64,000 nt of DNA from Candidatus Omnitrophota bacterium (GCA_020052955.1 JAGVOB010000004.1:12522-76521), one strand, 5' to 3'. Shown: positions 43,301-58,300, counted from the first letter of the stretch. Notes: generated by a model not told the origin, from the sequence alone. Numbers and translations: made by a program.

Positions 43301-46300
43301 AAATGAGCTTATCACCCTCCGTACTCCAAAGCCAACTATCTCTGATATAGGGAGGATTACCACTTCTGTAACACCGGCTCCTGCAAGCGACACATCTATT
43401 GTGGTGGATATGGCAAGCGCTGACTGGAACGGCCTTACAAGGCTTATCTCAGATAAGGGGCTTGTGTTTGATAAGGGAACTATTGATTTAAATAAGATAA
43501 TCATTGGGAATTTAAACGGCAATATCTCTGCATTCGGCAGTTATCTCGCAGCAATTGTTTCAGCAAGGGATATGGGGATTATCACTGATGAAGAAGCAAA
43601 AATAAGGATAATGCAGACACTAAATGCGCTCCAGACGCTACCTCGTGATAATAACGGTTTCTTATACTCGTGGTATGATGCCCAGACAGGAAGGCCTCAG
43701 CCCATCACGGGTTATGCAATGGTTGATGGAAAACTCCAGCAGGTTACAGGCTATCACGTCTCCTCTCTTGATAATGGCCTTCTGGATTTGGCTTTAGAGG
43801 GAATAAGAGAAGCCTATAGGGATGACGAAGAAATCACTCCAATTATAGATAGCCTGCTTAGCCATAACTACTCTGCATTCTATGATACAGAGAAGCAGAT
43901 GCTTGGAGTGGGCTATTTTGATGTCCTTGGAAACCTCTATTATGAAACCAGTCACTATAGCACCTGGGGTTCTGAGGCAAGGGCAGTTGTGGTATATGCT
44001 GAGGCAAAGGGCGACATACCCTCCGGCACATTTGCAAATCTTTATTCTAATGTAAAAGGCTATACCACTGAGGCAGGAGAGGAGATTTTAACCACCAGTT
44101 TCTTCCAGGGCTCTGGCCATCAGGTCTTTGTGCCGGAGATATTCTTGGGAGAGAGCAGGATGTCGCCTCAGGCAAGGGCAATTCTGTTAAATTATTCAGC
44201 CATAATGCTGGATAAGGGTGTATTTATCAGCGCAGCAGAAAGCCCGATATGGTATATCGCAGATGCAGGAATCAAAGATGTCAGCGAAAATGATGTTAGG
44301 GAAGACCTGCTTGTTCCCTATGCCATATGGCTTGCCGCTTCTGTTAACCCCCAGGAGATGACAAATAGACTCAACCAGCTAAGACAAGATCATCCCGAGA
44401 TGTTCTCTACCCAATTCGGCTTTGCTGACAGTATGGTTACACAGGATGGTGGTTTAGGAGAAGCAGGCACCGTAACCCGAAAGGTTCTTGCCATTGACCA
44501 CGCCTGGTCTATTATGAGCGCTTATTCTGCCATTGACGAAGACGGCGGATTTAGCAAATATGTCAGGCAGTCAGATATAGGAACAAGAATAGCCACTGTA
44601 TATCAGGGCATAGATAATCAGACTCGCGATGCCGTTCGTCCGAGACAGGTTCCTCATGTTCCTGTAGGTATTATAGCAGGAATTACAATTAGTATCGTTG
44701 GCGTTATTGTAGGAATTGTTCTATTAATCTTAGGTATAAGGCGCTCTAAAGAAAAAGCCCGGCCGCAACCCGAAACAGGCGTTACGCCTACTCCGGAAAC
44801 ACTACCTTCTCAGGAAACGCTGTCATCTCAACCTGAAGCAGCCCCGCAAGTGTCTCAAATGGCTATAATTGGCGGACGCGCACCACCTCTAAGAGATTTA
44901 AGTCTTTCGCCTAAAGAAAGGATAACCCGAGCGCTTGTCCAGCTTACCGATGTTAGCGTAGAAGATATAGATTTTGAAAGCATTGAAGTGGAATACGAAA
45001 CACCAACCGGATTTGTATATATAGTAAAAACAAAAATAACTAAGAAAAAATTCTTTGTTGAGATAGTCAGGCGTTATGACAGGGATAAGGCTCCGTTTAA
45101 AGTTACTGTCAATGACAAAGAAATTCCATTTGCAGAAGGCGAGTATATCAAGGTCGCAGATGGTAAGAGAAAGGTATTAGGCTTATATTATAACTTAAGC
45201 GCTATAAAAGGATTTAGCCCGAGTAGCGAAGACGCCACTAGAATTCGAGAAAGAGAAGAAAGGTATTATAATAATGTTTTAGGGTTTGTCCAGGAAATCG
45301 CCTCTAATCCCCAAAGCGTTCCCAGATATATTATAAATCTTGAGGGTATAAATACAGAAAAAAGCGAGTTAAGAAATAAGATAGGCCTTCTTAATCAGAA
45401 TATAGCAACCCTCCCGGAAGGATATAGAGCAGAGATAACCAATACTACTCCTAACGAAGAATTACCAATTCAACTTACTCTTTTACCCACCTCTCAACAA
45501 ACAGCAAGACAGATTTCAGAGGATGAATTAGATGCTATAAGAGTTAAAACCAAAGAGGCAGAATTAGCTGAGGCTGGAAAATTAGTCTCCCAGACAGTTA
45601 CACAAACAAAGCCTGTTCCATCCGAAATAAGAGGGTTCTTTAACAAAATCGGCGCTATCCTAAAAGGTGAGTATTTCTATAATGGCGCGGATTTAACAAA
45701 GGCAACTGCTCCATTTTATTACTTAAAGGTGGTAAAGAAGGTTAATGAAAAGGGTGAAGCAGTAGATGAAACAGAGTTTCAGAAATGGGCTTTAGTAAGG
45801 GATATAGCCCTTGTCTCAATACTCGGAATAATAATTGCATCAGTTTCTATTTTAGGAATATACACAATTCCGACTATACTTGCTGTAGGTTTAGTCACTG
45901 GTTTTGGACTAATTGTTAAAGGAATTCAGGCAAGGTATGAAAAGGGGTTTAAGATAGGCCTTATTGTCAGTGCATTTAGTTTTATATCTTTATTTGTCGC
46001 ACCCCTTTTAGCCCTTTCTATAACAGGCATCATTATAGGTTTTGCAAGTATTTCTGGGTATGGTTTTGGTAAATGGATTTTAAAACAAAAGGCAGAGACT
46101 CCCATAATAGGTATTATAGCTTTGCCAATTTCACTTCTTGGCATAGTTGCTGGTTTGGGAATAATCTCTGTCTTTGCCATTAATGTTGCTGTTGCTTTTG
46201 TAGCTTTTGCCTATGGCATATATAAATGGAGAAAAGAAGAGGATATCTCTGCAGTTGTAAAGCCCTTTGCAATTTCTGTTTTTATGCTCTCCCTTTTACC

Positions 46301-49300
46301 AGAGGGTATAACACCTCTTGTAGCAGGCACAATTACCTCGCTTGTTGGCATTGGCGCAGGCACTGCCATTACGTCAGGAGCCCTTGTAGCGCTTATGGTT
46401 ATAGGATTACTCCTGGGTATTGTTATGTCATTAGTTCCAGCGGTCCTTGGTTCTTCTACCGGAAGAAGATATATAGCAGGTTTTGGCTTAATTTTAACAA
46501 TCTCAGGCTTCCTTAATCTATTAGGAATCTCCCTTCCAGTTTTATCTATTTTACCAGGTATAACAGCAATCTTTGTAGGCATAGCTTTCATAATGCCGCT
46601 TGTCTTAAGTTTAATTGTAAAGGCTATTACAGGAAAAGAGCCTGTTTTATCGTCCGCTTCAAGCAGGTTCGCAGCTTATCTGGGCATTACCCTTTTTGCA
46701 ACCTGTTTAGGCGGACTTGTGTTCTCAAGCGTTCTTAATTGGTCATTTGGGGATGCATTTGCCCTTTCAACCCTTTTGATAGGTTTTATTGGGACCTTCC
46801 ATATACCTCTTAAGGTGTTCTTGGACTGGGTTATTACGCGGCTTATGCCGCAGGAGGATATCGGAAAAGTTGAGGATATAGTCAACAACGGCGTTCCTGA
46901 CGAAGAAAGGACTATGTATTTCTGGACGCTTTATCAGTCTAGCCTTTCTACTATCGTACCTGCCTTCAAAAATATTGAGGAATGTGTAAGAAATAACAGG
47001 GATAAACTCTTTAGGACAATAACTGAAGCTGAAACTCAAGGTCAACAGGTAATTGACCTAACCGTTGACCCAACCTTAGGGCTTGAGGAAACACTCAGGC
47101 AATATTGGATTTCCCACAGGAATGATGCAAATTTCTTTAATAATATTTATGTAAAGATTACTGATGAAAGAGGCGCCGTTCATTACAGAAAGCCAAAGCG
47201 AAACAATATTCTCTTTAGCATTGCCTCTGCCGCAGAATACTGGCGTGGGGTTGAACCTATAGGACTTAAAGATATATTAGCAGAAAGGATATTGAGAGAT
47301 GAAGGTCTAAACATAGATAAAGATGAGCTTGAATTTATTGAATCTATGAAAAAGAAAGGCTTGGATAGATTAAATAAAAAGAGAAAACAAGCAAATCAAA
47401 AAGAACTTGAATGGTCAAAACTTGAACCAAAAGATTGGCGGGAGATATGGGAAGGGATAGTTCTACATTTAGTTACAGATACCACAAAACAACGAAGGAT
47501 ATTAATTCAGGTAGGGAAAATATCAACTTTATCTGAAAGAGTAGATAGAATAATAAAGAAAGGAAGAATCTTACCTGGTAAAATAGCAACTTTATCTTAC
47601 GGAGATGTTTACTATATAGATAATTCCAAAAAAGATGTTAACTTCTCCGAATTATTCTGGAGAGATTATCTGGCTGACTCAGATGGATTTTTTAGAAGGG
47701 TCTATGCAGTAAAACAGAGCGACGGCAAGATTATTTATCTTATGCCTGCAGAATATGCCTTATATCATCATCTCAAAGTCCAGGAGATAAGAGACGAATA
47801 TCCTGAAATTGAATTTTTAATCTTCCACTGGTCGCTTAGGCTCGGCGAATTCAAGTTCCAGAACGTTGAACTAAAAGCGGGCTTGTTTAATGATATATTT
47901 AAGGTGCTTGATGGGAATCTCTATGGCACAGTTGACCCCAACCGCCCCTATCAGCCCTCAGAGAATAAAGGAATGGGCAGGCAGATATTTGAAGTGATAG
48001 CAGGTGCCAATATAATAGATACATTACGCACCGGTGGAGGTAAAATTGGGGCAGGCAAAATTATAGGAACTGGAATTGACACGGATGCATTAGCAAGTAT
48101 TGGTGTTAGCGTGGATGAAAAAAATGGCAGGGTTGCTCTCACTGATGAGCATCTTGCTATCAAAAATACCTTTACAAGCGATGCAGAGATACGAAGCGAC
48201 AAGGATATGATAGCGGAGCTTGTTGCAAGAGCGGCATATCCCTCTCCGCTTAACCAGAGATATGGAACCTTCCAGATGGGGCTATACTTCTATAATCCTG
48301 AACTTTCAGATTTTGCCCGATTGACTGTAGAGGCACAAGAACGGCTCTGGTATACAGTTGAAGCGTCTCAATTGATGGGTGAAGAAGGAGCAGATTTCGG
48401 GAAAAATCTCAAGGTATTTAGAAGATACTGGGAAAAACTTTCTCTGATTCTGGATTTAGATACAGGCATTATCAAACTTAGAAGGACAGGTGAAATAGTT
48501 GGAAAACTTGATGATGAGAGGTTAAATTACTTCAGAGAAGTAATGCGCGCTACTGAATTTGCAAGAACTGCCAACGATTTTCTCCTGGATACCTTAAAAA
48601 TCACCGACCTTAAGAGAAGGGAACAGATTCTAAGAGACTTTGCAGCTGTTGTGGCTAAAAAAGCCATAGTAGGACCAGTGGATTTTGCTAAAGAATTTGA
48701 AGCGATAGTTAAAAAATTAGAGTCTACAATAGGGATAACATTAACCAAGTTACAGGAAATAGAGGAAAAGGTCAGAAGAAAATTTGATATTGCCCAGATG
48801 AAATTTTTCGCCCTTACTCCAAATTCCAAATTCCTAAGCCATGATACCTATGACACTGCCTATGGAGAGGCATTTATTGTTGGTTCGGTTAGGGCAGGTG
48901 ATTCAGCGGTAATCGGGCAGAGCGCAAACGATGCCCGTGCGGCAAGGTGGTGGAAAGGCGATGATAGAGCCCGGGATGCCGCAACACCTACTATGCCCAC
49001 CGAGCTTTATCCCTCAGCCAATGAGCTGACTCCACAGGTTAGAATAAGGAATGTCTTAAGGCCAAAGACAATATGGGAGGTGCGCTTAGTCAGAGTAGGC
49101 GGCTGGGAACTACAGCCATTGTTCCTATTGTGGTTAATAGTTGGAGCAGTTGGTATGATTTCAGGGCTTATCTCTATCTCAAGCGTTGAATTAGGCCTGA
49201 AACTATTTCTTTTTACTATGTTTATGATAATTGTTACCCCAAAGTTTGGCACCTTAAGGCGGATAAGGGACTTTCCAGTTATGATTTGGGAAACAATATC

Positions 49301-52300
49301 CACAACCATTATTTTAAATGCAAACCTTATCACTCTAAGCCTGGTTGTCATTAAGCAGGCAACGCTAAATCTAAAGAGTAAACTTGCCGGCATAAAACAG
49401 GCGTTTGCATGGACGCCTCAGGCAGATGTAGATAAACCAGAAGAATTTATGGAGGCAATCTATGGGCACGTCTCTGTTCTCAAAGCTGGTTTTATAATTT
49501 TATCTTTAATAGCTTTTCTCTCGTTTGGTATGACCCATTCAGCCAGCTGGATGGTTTTAGCGCTTCCGCAGGTTCTTGCATTTACGCTAAGTCCTATCTT
49601 TATGTGGCTTACCTCCCAGAGGCCAAGCACCTCTCTTAAGATTGCCTGGTTCGGTGTTATCCCGAGCATGGTTATGACAGGGCTCATTATGAAGATGATT
49701 AGTATTGGCGCGCCACTGATGCTTACACCCGGGGGTCCGATATGGACGGTGTCGGTAGCGGTCATTATGATAATAGGCGCAGCGCTTGGTGCTATTGCAG
49801 GCTATACCATCAGAAAGGGCCAGCTTATAAAAAGGAAAAAGGAGCAAAATATCCCTGTGCCGCCCATATGGTCTCCTAAAAACTTTAGAGATGTATTATT
49901 TTCAGTATCAAGGGGAAGTGTATTGTTTCCGGTATTAAAAGGTCTTGCCGGAGGGGTTTTAATTACTGCCTCAGCAATATTTACTGGTCCCTATACAGAG
50001 ATTACTACTCTTTATCCATTTGCTGTAGGCGCTATTATGGGAGCGATTATCAGCAGTGTTTTGATAAATGCCGGTTTTAGTCGGCAGAAAGATGAAGAAA
50101 AGAAAAAACTTAAAGTAGGTATTGAAAAATTTTCTGAACTTAATTCAACAGAGCAGAACATTGTCCATATGATTTATATCCTTCGCTGTATTAAGCCCGA
50201 CAGTGAGGCATTAAGGCTTTATGAATACACAGCACAAGGTTATGGTTTGAAGGTCCCAAGACTTGATAACGTATTAGAAGAATTTGACAGAGAATTTGCA
50301 GGATTGGATCCGAGACTGCTTGAAATTGCTAAAAAAGTTTATGAACTCCAGAAGACCTCACCCGATGATAAACCAGCCTTAAAGTATTATACAGAGTTAG
50401 CGAGGCGTAACGGATTATATGAAGAAAAACTTGAAAGAATTCTGGCAAGATTAGAGGGAATAGAAAAAGGTATAACCTCTACGCCTACTCTAACAGCCCA
50501 ACCAGAGCAGGCGATTACGCCAACCACACCAGCAGTTACTATAAAGCAGAGATTATCCTTGCTATTACCTAAATTGTTAAACCGCAAAGCAGTAATTATT
50601 ATGGGTATAGTTTTACTACTTGGCATAGTTACTATTTTAGCAGGTTTGATAATCTTACCAACGATGCAAATACCAACGGCTACGCAAGTGGTTGAAACTA
50701 TAACCAGAACTATTTCACAGATAACCCAGACAGCCACCGAAGTTGTAAATACCCTTACCCCAACTCCTACTACAACTCCAACGCCAGGCGTAACTCCTGC
50801 GCCATCTGCTACGCCCTTACCAGTAAGCCCTGCGCCAACAGTTACAGGAGCACCAGTAGCAGAGGCAACTCAAGCGGTAAATTTGATGATGTGGTTAATA
50901 GGCGGAGGTATTTTAGGTTTTATTGCATTAACCGCTCTCGGTGTTAGATTATATCTTCAAAGAAAAGTTTCGCAAAAACAAGCAATTGTAGCACAGGTTG
51001 CTCCTACCCCTCAACCTGCTTTATTTACTGCACCGCCTTCTGAATTTGAGGAAGCCCTGGAAGAAGCAAGAAATGCCGGCGTTTTGGAAGGAGAGCTTAT
51101 AGCAGTTGCTACAGTTGCGGATGTCAGGGCTCTTATAATTGTGCGCCAAGAGGCTGTAGCGCGTGCCAATAGGGCAGGCGTAATAACAGACCTCACAGGC
51201 ATTACCACAGCCGGTATCAATGGACTCGCTGAGTTTAAGGAAACTATATCCGAAGCGAAAGCCATAGGCGTTACAGAAGGAGAACTTAAGACAGCCAATA
51301 TCTCAGATGAAGTTAGAACCCTTATTACAGCCCGCCAGCAAGCAATTGAACGTGCCCAAAAAGCCAGCTTAACCATAGACTTCACTGGTATGACTGCAGC
51401 CGATATAAATAAACTCGCTGAGTTTGAAGAAGTTAAGGTTGAAGCAAGAACCGCAGGTGTTACTGACGCAGAAATCAATATAGTTGAAACTACACAGGCA
51501 CTTAGGACTCTTATTGCTTCTCGCCAAAACGCTGTTAGCCGTGCTGAAAAAGTGGGGTTAGAAACAGAAGAACTTAAAGAAAAACCTATAGCCGAGGCAA
51601 TAAAATTAGTTGAAAAAGCAGAAACCTTTACTTCGGTAACAGGGCTTTCTGTTCCAAAAGCGGAGTCTTCATACCGTCCGCTTATTAATCTTCCAAAAGA
51701 AGAATTAACAGAAAGGGCTAAAGCGTTAAGAGAGACTAACCTACCTGTTAAAGGATATTTATTAAGGTATAAATCAGAAACTATAAGGAATAAAGAAGCA
51801 ATAACTGAAGATTATGCCCAACCATTTAATTCTAGCACTGTCAGGATGAGCGAAGATAGAATTAAGGAGAGGTTTGAAAATGAGGTATCAAGAATTGCTA
51901 AATGGACTATCCCTCTGTTAAAGATGAAACTGAAAGAGGGCTCTGAGAATCATATGCGCTTGACAAGATACCTTGAGAGGCTTAGAGAATTAAAAGCCGC
52001 CCAGCCTGAATTATTTAAAAATACCTTAACGCAATCAGGATTAGATAATATCTACTTATTAAGAGAAGTTCTCTCTAAGAAATCTACCGCTACAGTCCAA
52101 TCTATGCTTGCCAACTTATTCACCTATGAGTTTGGCGGAAGGTATATGTGGCTAAACTGGATTACGAGGGTAATAGGGCTTCCTGCAATAATAGTTGAGG
52201 AACTTTCTCATTTTATTATGCATATATTTGCAAGACTCGGCATACCAAGAGTAAAAATATCCACTAAACTTTTGGGCATAGAGATAAGCGAAAGAGCACC

Positions 52301-55300
52301 TCCTATTGTTAAACTCATTGGCCCTGCATCTAATATCCTTCTTCTCATTGCCTCCATATTCCTTTATCTTCACACCGACCCCTCCACCCTAACTACAGGT
52401 TTATTTATCTGGTCAATATCTGCCTCAATACTTAGCATACTTACCGCAATATATGATTCTGCTAAATTCCAGACAGGGGATATTTACGAAGCGAGAGTAA
52501 GCTTTTTAATAGAAAGGTTGAAAAATTCTGATCGGGGTGTTTGTGCTAATGCTGCAATAGCTTTGGGTCAAATAGGCGACCCAAGAGCAGTTCCAGCTCT
52601 AATAGAAGCCTTAAAAGATAGAGATTGGTATGTCCGCTCCTGTGCCGCAACAGCCTTAGGCCAGATTGGTGACCCAAGAGTTCTATCAGCACTCAGGAGT
52701 TTACTTTTGCATACAAGCCCAATGGTGACATATACATATGAAGAAATAGAAACGCAATTTAGAGAGGGCTGGTTTGGATACTCTGGAGATTGGATATCGA
52801 TAGAAGTAATAAAAGAAGGAACAAAGTCCAATCCCGAATATACAGCTATTGAACAAGCAATAGCAGCTATTGAAGCTCGGATGGGAGAATTGCCAACCGG
52901 AACAGGTGTGGCAGGAAAGAATGCCCTTGCAGCCGCCGAATCATCCTTAGCCAATATCTTCTCCTATGCCTTTGGCGGAAGGTTTGCAAAGTTAAACTGG
53001 TTGCCACGACTAATATACCTTCCTTTTATGCTACTGCTGGATGAAGTTTTGCATATTAGCACTCATTTAGCCACAGGCTTTGGCATGCCTGAGTTTATAT
53101 GGAATACCAAATTTTTCGGCGTAAAGATAAACCCGAGGGCGCCGCCTATTGTAAAACTGATAAGTCCTATCATTCATATCCTGCTTATACCTGCCTCAAT
53201 CTTCTTATATTCCTTAGTAAAAGACCCAGCCGCTATACATACAGCACTGCTTATCTGGTCGCTCTCATTCTCAATATTAAGCCTATCTGCAAGCATACTC
53301 AGCAATATTAAATACAAGACAGGGGATTTATACTTAACTGCCCCCGCAATTGGCGGTGCCCTTGGCATCTGGAAGGACATTGGCTTAAAAGCCGAAGACC
53401 TAGCTAGTATAGGGTTTATGGAGGGTGCATTCTTTGGAAGCCTGTTGCTTTATAATATGTGGCTAGGCAATGTTTTTAAAATGATTGAGACAGGTTTTGG
53501 CACATTAAATATTACTCAACTCTCCACAGGTTTGTTTGCAGTCCCTGGCTCCCTATTTCTTTTTACAGGTATTATATTTATTGCCTACCTTCTCTTAGGT
53601 ATATTGTTTCCTTCTGAAGGAGTCTCCACAATAAAGAACGCGGGCCTCAAGACACATTTCTTGAGAGCACTAAATGCTACAGGCGTAGCTATGTCAGGCG
53701 TTTCTCTTGCAGGCGTACTCGCTTTATCCTTATCGCTGGCAGGCTTGCCAATTGGCGTCTCAGTTATTGTCGGAGTATTAACAGGGGCAGTTTTACATTC
53801 CTGGCTTAACTGGCAGGCCTACAGCAGAACCATCAAAGACAAGGCAAAGACTTCAGGCATCTTAACAACCCGTTCTATAAGCATTGGAATCTCATCAGGA
53901 CTTCTGATAGTGTTTACCAGCCTGTGTCTTAGCCTATTATCGTCAAAATTTGGATATTTAACCCCAGAATTTTTCACGCTTCCGATACCAGGTTTTTCTT
54001 ATATTATAAACGTTGGCCTTATGCTTTTAGATGTACCCAACAGATTCTTCTGGGTCCTTGGCAGCATGCCATTTCTTATATGGACGTTGGAGTCGTTTTT
54101 TAGAAAAGGGATATATAAAAGCCTTAAAAGAGGTAAATTCCTTCCTTCAACAGGTCGTTCAAGTTATTTTACGTTAAATGTAATACAGGCGCTTCTTTTT
54201 GCATCTTTTTCCGTCCCCTTTATGTATTTTTCATCCGCTGGAGCTATTCCATTGCTCATAGTATTTTTCTTCACAGGGCTTATGTATGGATTTATCTATG
54301 ATAGAGCGGGCATAACAGGTTCAATAAACGCCCATCTTGTCGTCAGTATTTTCGCGCTGCTTGGCACTGATAGTATGCTATCTTTTACAGTGCTCTTCGG
54401 GCTATTATTGGGGGTCAATATAACATTGTGGCTCATCTATTGGTTATTAATGCGGCCCTTGGCTGGACAGTTACCGCGAGAAGGGCATATAAAAACCGCT
54501 GAACCTTATCCGCATTTCTGGCAGGAATTAAACCTGATTATTCCAGAGTTTCATATTTCCCATGAGGCAATAAATGGCTGTGATTTCATACCTGCCGAAG
54601 AGGTCTTTAAGGAACATAATCGATTGATTTGGTATGAACATTCAGCTGAAAAGCCACAATTTGTATTTGATATTGAGGGCTTGGTTGAACCAGTAGAGAG
54701 AATACTCAAGTTAGAGAAGAGGATAATTAGCTTGCATGAATTGCAACTGGTTGATTCAGAAGAGGAGGCCCGCACGCTTTTACCGATAGCTATTCTTATA
54801 CTTGAATTGGAACGGGCGCAACTGCATCGGCTTATCAAGATTCAGCCAAAGGCAGATAATACACCCGTTGTATGTATGGAAATGATTCTCGCATTCTTCG
54901 CGGTTAGGCGTTTTCTGCTCTTCCCAAAATATGTTCGCCAGCAGATGATTGAATTTTATAAAAAGCGCGATGCAAATTTTGCAGATGTTCTTACCACCGC
55001 TGACCGGGCAATAGAGAAAAGTTATAACAAATTAACTCTTGCAGAAGGGCAAGAACTAGCATTGATGCGCGCTACTGGCATAAAGGTTAGCGATGATAAG
55101 GAAACAGTGCCAAACCTTATTGACTATAGCATATGGCTTAGCAGACAGGCGGGTGTTAGTCTATACCAAGATGACATTGAACGTGTAAAAAGTTTTGTTA
55201 GGAAGTTTTTAGCCGACAGGCTCAACACATACGGCTTCTCTGGCATGTCAAGGCAAAAGGTTATAGAGGATATAATCAGGCTTTGGCATGAGGAAGGTAA

Positions 55301-58300
55301 GGTAAGGATAGAAAAGGAGGATGAGCGTTCTCTTGAAGCCTTGATGGACTCTCTCATCCAACCCCACAGAGAAGAATTTAAACCTCTTGTTGAGCAATAC
55401 TGGGCTACTGAGGATAGTAAAAAACGGCAATCTTTGGAAACACGAATAAACGCCATAATGGATACCATAAACGTATACAAAGGCACAGAAGCATCTGAGC
55501 TTGAACTGGCTGATGTTCTGTCTTTGGATGAGTTCTTAGAAACCCCATATGCCCAAAGATACATAGAACTTGCAAAACATGCACTTCTATTTGGGCAGTA
55601 TATCCCGGAGTTTATATTTGCAGGTGCGGCAACAAGGCTTAATAAAAATTTAGAAGATTTAGGCTTACCTTCTACCGGTCCTATGTATCCATTAGATATC
55701 TGGAGTATTGCCGAAGAAGAAAAGATAGGTCTTATACCACCCAGCGGAGCACGCTTAAGACTTGGGATGGGGCCAAGACAGATTATCGCCTATAGGAGAT
55801 ACTTAGAGAACTTAGCCAGAGAGCAGGGTGTTAGTCCAAAGACAGTCCTTAAAAACCAAAGACTCGTCATCCATATAAACGATGAGATATTTGATATGGT
55901 CTTAGATGATTTTATCAAAAACGACTTTTATGGATTTAGTCCAGATAAGGTGTTCTTCATCAATGTAGACCTAAAATCAGGATATCTCCTTACTGAAGAG
56001 GGAAAACTCACCCCATCCAAAGATAGCCCAAAATTGCCCTATGGTCATGGCTATGCAAGTATGCAGATGGTAAAACCAGGCCTTGCCTTTACCATTGATA
56101 TATCGCAGCAATCTACAGATAGAAATAAACAACTCCGTTATCTTAAAGGAGATATGCTTAGTTATCTTATAGACCATGATGCGGCTTTAATTGGCACACA
56201 CAGGTTAAATGACCTAACCAAATTCACTCCAACTCAGGTTGTGGACATAGAAAAACTTGCCTTTGGTATGTATCTCATTGAACAAGGAAATGAGGTGATA
56301 GTGGATTCAGTTGAGAATCCGGAAAACCAGAAAGGCGGCCAGCTATTACAGAATAAGGATACAAGGAAGAAATTTCTTATAGAAGTTTCCAATTTTAGAG
56401 GAAGCCCGGGGCTTGATTCGTTGATTAAAAGAGGCGTAAATGTGCCATACAATGCCTTTAGACTCTTATATGACCTTAAAGCAGCAAAGAGGCTTCTTTT
56501 TCAGGGGATTTCTTATAATGTAAGATTTAAGGATGGTTACTTCTATTTAGAATCTGTAACAGGAGATGTTACCCAGCTTATAGATGCCAAAGTTGCAGGT
56601 ATTAAAAGACAAGGTGAGCTAATCCACGACTTCAAAGAACTCGATAATCTTAACGACGCACTTACATTCTTAGGGCAAAGCGATGAAGAGATTAGGGTTG
56701 GCAAACTGATAGAGTTTTTTGAAGAGGACGCGGTTAAGAAAATAATAAAGCGTCTTGGTGGAATGGAAGGAAGAGCAGTTATTCTTATAGGAGGAACTCC
56801 AGGCGCAGGCCTCAAATATTTTGCAAATGTAATACTTAATGAACTTGGAAAGAGAAATAGGCGCGCTAACATCCTTTCTGCTTATAATTATTATAAAGAC
56901 TGGACAGAGATGCCACACAGGAAAGATGGTACCCTTGATTTTGAATCGCCTCATAGCCTTGATATAGAGTTGTTGAGGTCACACGTTAAAGAACTGCTTA
57001 AAGGTAATACTGTGCAGATTCCTCAATATGACTTTACAGAAGGCAGAAGAACAGATATGACAACCAGCATAAGGCTTGAGGAGGGCGAGGTGTTGATTCT
57101 TGAGGCTATTCATGGTTTAAGCGATGAATTTTTAGCAATGGCAGAAGGTGTGCCTGTGGTTAAAGTGTTTGTTGATTCAGATGAAAACATTCGGCTCCTT
57201 CGCAGGATGGGTGAATATGCAAGTGAAAGAAAAATAGACCCTATAGTAACCATAGAAAGATGGGATCGGGTTAAAGAGGCCGAGGTTTCCTTTGCGAACC
57301 CCACAAGGCAGAAAGCAGAACTTGTTGTTAACACAGGAGATGTTGTGGAATTTAGGAAAAATGAAGTTTCCAAGATGCTTCCTGTTTTAAATAGTGCCTT
57401 GAACAGGGCTTTACAAGAGAACAAACACAGCGTTGCTGATAAGATTAAAGAACTCCAGCGATTCTTAAGCAGTCTGCCTATTGAGTCGATGGATAAATTA
57501 ATTAAGGCTGCAAGGTCAAAACTGGCTATGCACAAGAAACCGGTAGTTATTGCTATAGATGGCATACATGGAGTTGGAAAGACAAGCACTGCAGAATTAC
57601 TCGCAGGAATCATAGACGGAATTTACATATCCCTTGGCGAGATATACCGTGTGGTTACCTGGCTTGGGTTAGAATACGGTTTAGATATCCATAATCCAGA
57701 AGATATCGCAAAACTTAGAGGATTTTTATCGCAGATAACGACTCTTGAAAAAGACTATCACGTTAGGTTCATATGCGTCAAGGACGATGCACCTTTAGAC
57801 ATTACCGAAGAACTGTACACAGAGCGAATCAGCAAAAATGTGTCTGATTTTGCAGAATATATTCATAATGAAGTAATAGAGTTTTCTAGGGAAATTGTGG
57901 GAGCCCTCAAGAAAAGAGGTAAAAACGTGATAATTGAAGGACGGATTGCAGGCACTCACATCGCACCCGACGCCGATGCAAAAGTCTTCCTAAACGCAGA
58001 TTATATTACAACAGCCTCAAGAAGGGTAGAACAATATATACAAGAAGCCGATATCTCTGGGGAACCTATGATTTTCAAGACCTCATGGGAAAGGCTTATT
58101 GCAAAACTTAAGAAAGTATATTTTGAGGTATTTGGTCCTATGAGCGAAGAGGATTTTGAACACAGACTTACATTATATGGCTACGAGGGCCTAAAAAATG
58201 AATTACTGGCTGAAATAAACTTACGACTTAAAGCAAGAGACGAAAGAGACGAAAATCATATCGAACAATATATGCCCCCCGTAGATGCCAAAGTGACCCA

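Noticed and set aside
16205-51612. CRISPR array or IS/transposon terminal repeats as explanation for the direct repeats
   Set aside because: The repeats are in-frame coding repeats: 62-nt core x2 with non-spacer-like 1.2-kb spacing, 189-nt x3 contiguous, 2.9-kb x2.3. They have no short regular spacers, no inverted terminal repeats and no transposase ORF.
9506-53311. Short plus-strand ORFs in alternative frames (9506..9697, 16349..16639, 18349..18564, 25309..25545, 26479..26664, 30991..31242, 46226..46516, 53099..53311)
   Set aside because: They are out-of-frame overlaps within the giant ORF with low-complexity or nonsensical translations; no start-site context.
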